Of a stretch of 22,547 nt of DNA, positions 18,640-22,547 are shown piece by piece. The stretch's first letter is position 1; each line of letters begins with the position of its first letter. Source of the DNA: Pseudomonadota bacterium (GTDB taxonomy: Bacteria; Bdellovibrionota_B; Oligoflexia; Oligoflexales; CAIYRB01); the NCBI GenBank assembly GCA_031416315.1, contig JANOTL010000001.1, positions 1-22,547 of the forward strand. The letters are read 5' to 3'. Made by a program: the position numbers and the translations under genes. The notes under the pieces were generated by a model that was given only the letters and a program-made list of their open reading frames with translations, was not told the DNA's origin and made no database searches.

Positions 18640-20112
18640 TTATTGGATGCGCTTGATCAGCTTTATACCAATACCGGGCGTCACGTCCAAGAGCATCACG
18701 GCGTCGCCGTAGAAGGAACAGGAAAGAGCGCGGCCTTCGTCGGTTAAGGCGACTTGGTACCACGAAAACCGCGCGTCCTGGCGATCGGCGATCTTGGTCC
18801 CGGTCTCGGTGAACCAGAGGTTGCCCTCCTCGAGCGAGGCGGCACCGAGGGAGAAATACGTCTGACTGGGAACCCAGTTCACCAAATCCCTGAAATGATT
18901 GACTAAAACGACCTTCTCGCCGGCGACGTTTTGAATGCGGAAGTCACTGGGGTACGAGTATTTCGTGACCTCGGCGCCTTTGAAGCCGTAGACGCGCTCG
19001 AAGCTCATAACCTTACCGGTCTCGGGGACGATCGCCGTGCCGTCCGGACCGTCGGTGGCGCGGAGGTCGCCGACGATCGTGACCTTCACGATTTGGTTGG
19101 CGTGCGGCGAGCCGGTGACTCCGGAGGACGGCGGCAGGCCGCGATGCGACAGATAAAAGGAGTTGGTGTCGTCCGGATCGGGGCGCGCGGCCCAGAAGTT
19201 GGTGCGGTAATACTTGTACTTGGGGTCGAGGCCGCCCTGGTCGCCGTCCGGAGTGCCGTCGAAGTTGGAGAGCGAGAAGTAGAGCCAGCGCAGCTCCTTC
19301 TTGTAGATCGGGTCCGGGAGCAAGCGGTACGGGAAGCCCTGCGCCGCCTCCGCTTCGAGGTCGAGGACGAAGTACTGATAAATCTGGCGCTCGCCCGTCG
19401 TCGTCAGCGCGCGGCGGCTGTTTTCGTAGTCGTCGGGAATCTCGTTCGGGACCTCGCCGTTGACCAGGTTCGCGGCCTCGTCGTAGGTGGCGGCATCGGC
19501 GAATTCCGCATCGGTCCAGCCTTTGGTGGGATCGGTGACAAAGCCCATGAGCAAGTTGCGGCGCGGGTCGATGTAAAGCGCATGGCGCGGGACCGAACCG
19601 TAGCGACGGACGCGCTGGAGCGTGGATTCGGGGCGGTTGGTCGCGAAGGTGCCGACGTAGAGCGCGCCTTCGACGCAGCTGACGGCGAAGTACTTGTACC
19701 CGGCGCGCGCTTCGGCGTTGTACGGGCTACAGGCGATCGGAAACGACTTCTCAAGCTTGGGCTTCGCCGGGTCGGTCAGGGAGAAGAGGAGGACCTCGGC
19801 GCCCGTGTCCAAGTCCTGATAATCGATGGTGACGATCATGTCGGTGCCGGCGACGGTCATCGAGCGACCCATGCGCGGAGTCGGGATGGCGGTGACGCGG
19901 TTGCCGTCTTTGTCCAGCACGAGGACCGAGCCCTGGTTGTAGCTGCGGTCCATGTCCGCGTTTAGAACGTAGAAATATTTGCCGTCGACCGACGAGGCGA
20001 CGTCGACAGGGCTGACGATCTTGGTGCCCAACGGCGGGAATTTCTCCTCGTGCCGGCATGAAGGCGTCAGGAGGGCGACGGCGGCGGTCAGGGCAAGCAA
20101 CCGAGAGAGCAT
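18640..20112 (-). CDS. Lipoprotein, probable beta-propeller (YncE-like)
   Basis: MLSRLLALTAAVALLTPSC lipobox; blade-like motifs such as SPVDVASSVDGKYFYVLN and VALTDEGRALSCSF..DAVMLLD. Confidence 0.75.
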   Translation of the reverse strand: MLSRLLALTAAVALLTPSCRHEEKFPPLGTKIVSPVDVASSVDGKYFYVLNADMDRSYNQGSVLVLDKDGNRVTAIPTPRMGRSMTVAGTDMIVTIDYQDLDTGAEVLLFSLTDPAKPKLEKSFPIACSPYNAEARAGYKYFAVSCVEGALYVGTFATNRPESTLQRVRRYGSVPRHALYIDPRRNLLMGFVTDPTKGWTDAEFADAATYDEAANLVNGEVPNEIPDDYENSRRALTTTGERQIYQYFVLDLEAEAAQGFPYRLLPDPIYKKELRWLYFSLSNFDGTPDGDQGGLDPKYKYYRTNFWAARPDPDDTNSFYLSHRGLPPSSGVTGSPHANQIVKVTIVGDLRATDGPDGTAIVPETGKVMSFERVYGFKGAEVTKYSYPSDFRIQNVAGEKVVLVNHFRDLVNWVPSQTYFSLGAASLEEGNLWFTETGTKIADRQDARFSWYQVALTDEGRALSCSFYGDAVMLLDVTPGIGIKLIKRIQ

Positions 20113-20279
20113 GGATCTGCCTTTGTTTTCAGATGTCTGCGGCGAACCGAGCGACTCATGATGTCACTGGTGTCGCGGCCGACAAAGCCTTATTTTGCAC
20201 AGCGGCCGGCTTTTGGTTATGAAGAGGTCACGAACAAACTCGGTCCAAAACGGACTCAATTTCGGTGAGGGCGGATTCG

Positions 20280-20870
<591 letters not shown>

Positions 20871-20920
20871 AGATGCCGCTTAGGCGGACGGTGACGGCGA
20901 GGTGAGGGTAAACGGGCTCT

Positions 20921-21766
20921 TTAGAAGCGGACGCCGAGCCCACCCGTGAGGGTGAAGAAGTTGTCGATGCCCGACTCGGTGCCGACCAGGGTGTAGTTGT
21001 CGAGACCGGCGGTGAGCAGGAAGCGCTTCAGAAAGTGGAAGCGCTGGCCTAGCGCCAGGTGGATCAGGACGTTTGTCTGGGACTCCGGGACCGGCCGGCC
21101 TTCGATGCCGGTCAGCTCCTTCTCTGCCGTGCCCGGGTTCTTGTTGGCCTCGCACGTACCCGCGGCTGCGTCCTTCTTCACGCAGAAGGTGCCGCGCGTC
21201 GGCGTGCCCGTGTCGGCGAACTCGGGTGTCTTCGCGTAGTAGTCGGACATGGCGACTCCGCCACCGAAGGTAAGGAAGAAGTCGAAGTAGTTGGTCGCGG
21301 ACAGGAGCACGATCTGTTTCCCGTAGATCGGGTTCCAGTTCATGTTCGCCGTGAAGATGTACTTCAGGGTGCGGATCGGCACGTAGGCCGGACCCCAGTT
21401 GGCGTCCTCCTCGGAGTCCTCGGGGGCGTCCTCGCCGCACTCCTCGGGGACGTTGAAGTTCGGGTCGTTGTAGAAGGTCTCGATGCAGGTCCGCTCGGGC
21501 TTGTCCGTGACGATCGCGTAGTTGCCGTCGAGGTTGAAGCCCCACTCCTCAGAGAAGAAATAGGTCATCGAGCCGTTCGCCATGAACGTCTGCTGATACG
21601 AGGAGTTGAGGACGACGCCGAACTTGGCGTCGAGCTCGACCTTGCTCTTCTTGGGGAAGAGCTTGTTGAGCACGACGTCTTGGCCTTCGGTGGCTTTCTC
21701 GTAAGCGGAGGCCTCACCGGCCGACAGCAGGAAGAGCGGCAGCAGCAGGATCGCGAGGCGCAACAC
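20921..21766 (-). CDS. Outer-membrane beta-barrel protein, Myxococcota/Bdellovibrionota type (TIGR04565, GltA/B/H-like)
   Basis: Signal peptide, VVLNKLFPKKSKVEL start, YFFSEEWG, PIYGK..DFF..GGG, terminal GGLGVRF. Confidence 0.78.
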   Translation of the reverse strand: MLRLAILLLPLFLLSAGEASAYEKATEGQDVVLNKLFPKKSKVELDAKFGVVLNSSYQQTFMANGSMTYFFSEEWGFNLDGNYAIVTDKPERTCIETFYNDPNFNVPEECGEDAPEDSEEDANWGPAYVPIRTLKYIFTANMNWNPIYGKQIVLLSATNYFDFFLTFGGGVAMSDYYAKTPEFADTGTPTRGTFCVKKDAAAGTCEANKNPGTAEKELTGIEGRPVPESQTNVLIHLALGQRFHFLKRFLLTAGLDNYTLVGTESGIDNFFTLTGGLGVRF

Positions 21767-21781
21767 GGGATTCCCTTCCCT

Positions 21782-22546
21782 TCATTTTGCGAGGGCGACG
21801 AAGATCTCCTCGATGCGCTTCACGCGCGCCGTGCAGCGTTGCTTGATCGCCTCTAGAGCGGGCCCCGTTTTGCCGCGTGCTTCCTGCTCGCGGACGGAAA
21901 CGTAGAATTTGATCTTGGGCTCGGTACCGGATGGACGAACGCTGATCTTCGTGCCGTCGTTCAAAATAAATTGTAGCACGTCGGACTTGGGGAGGGACAA
22001 GTCCCCGACTTTCTTGAAAGCCCCGGCCTCGCAGGCGAGCTCTTGCCGCATCTCGAAATCCCGGAGCTTTGCGACTGGAATTCCGTCGATTACCTGCGGC
22101 GGGTTGGTCCGCATCCGGTCCATCATACGCTTGATGGCCTCGGCCCCGTCCTTTCCCGGGAGGGTCAGGTTATAGAGTGACTCCTGATAGACGCCGTGCC
22201 GCGTGAACATGGAGTTCAGGACATCGATCACGGTTTTGCCGTCGGCCTTGTACGCGGCGACCATCTCGGAGGCCAAGCAGCACGAGAGGACGCCGTCCTT
22301 GTCGCGGACGAACGCGTCGGCGAGGAACCCGTAGCTTTCCTCTCCACCACAGATGAACGTCCGCTTCGGTAACTGCTTACCGGTCTCGTAGTCTTCGATC
22401 AGCTGGCAGATCCACTTAAAGCCCGTGAGGGTCTCGTCGCAGTGGGCGCCGTATTCCTTCGCCAGGTCCGCCTGCAGGTCGGTGGTGACGATAGTCTTCA
22501 CGATGAGGGGCGCAGCCGGGAGCTTCCCCTTCGCCTTGCGCGACGC
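21782..22546 (-). CDS. Phosphoglucomutase/phosphomannomutase family protein (C-terminal part; 5' end outside the window)
   Basis: KTIVTT, TLTGFKWI, GGEESYG, RDKDG, RPSGTEPKIKFY. The frame stays open to the window edge. Confidence 0.95.
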   Translation of the reverse strand, partial: ASRKAKGKLPAAPLIVKTIVTTDLQADLAKEYGAHCDETLTGFKWICQLIEDYETGKQLPKRTFICGGEESYGFLADAFVRDKDGVLSCCLASEMVAAYKADGKTVIDVLNSMFTRHGVYQESLYNLTLPGKDGAEAIKRMMDRMRTNPPQVIDGIPVAKLRDFEMRQELACEAGAFKKVGDLSLPKSDVLQFILNDGTKISVRPSGTEPKIKFYVSVREQEARGKTGPALEAIKQRCTARVKRIEEIFVALAK

Positions 22547-22547
22547 G

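Noticed and set aside
15031..19965. Several long + strand ORFs opposite smc and the propeller lipoprotein
   Set aside because: Typical GC-rich antisense shadows with no domains.
20876..20887. CCGC-TTAG-GCGG hairpin between convergent ssb and OM barrel genes as a terminator
   Set aside because: Only a 4-bp stem and no U-tract on either strand.

Overview
GC-rich bacterial chromosomal window, probably from a Bdellovibrionota/Oligoflexia- or myxobacteria-like organism (inferred from the TIGR04565-type OM barrel and the many Cys/Pro-rich lipoproteins). Housekeeping genes (GST, hldD, an OmpR/HK pair with a VanZ-like gene, smc, ssb, partial phosphohexomutase) are mixed with about eight lipoproteins and other exported proteins. 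Three things stand out. (1) Two non-RTX lipoproteins carry a domain resembling the FrpC/ApxIVA Ca2+-dependent self-processing (clip-and-link) module; one keeps the scissile Asp-Pro and the other has Thr-Pro on a long Pro-rich stalk. (2) A consensus sigma70 promoter (TTGACA-N18-TATAAT) has a predicted +1 at the first base of an 18-bp 5'/3' stem enclosing a CU-rich anti-SD loop, a candidate unannotated sRNA or leader, followed by a hairpin hiding the GST SD. (3) A five-gene surface-protein cluster includes collagen-like, lectin-like and 16-aa Cys-repeat proteins. No mobile elements, CRISPR, rRNA or tRNA were seen. All family calls are by eye and from memory, not from database searches.
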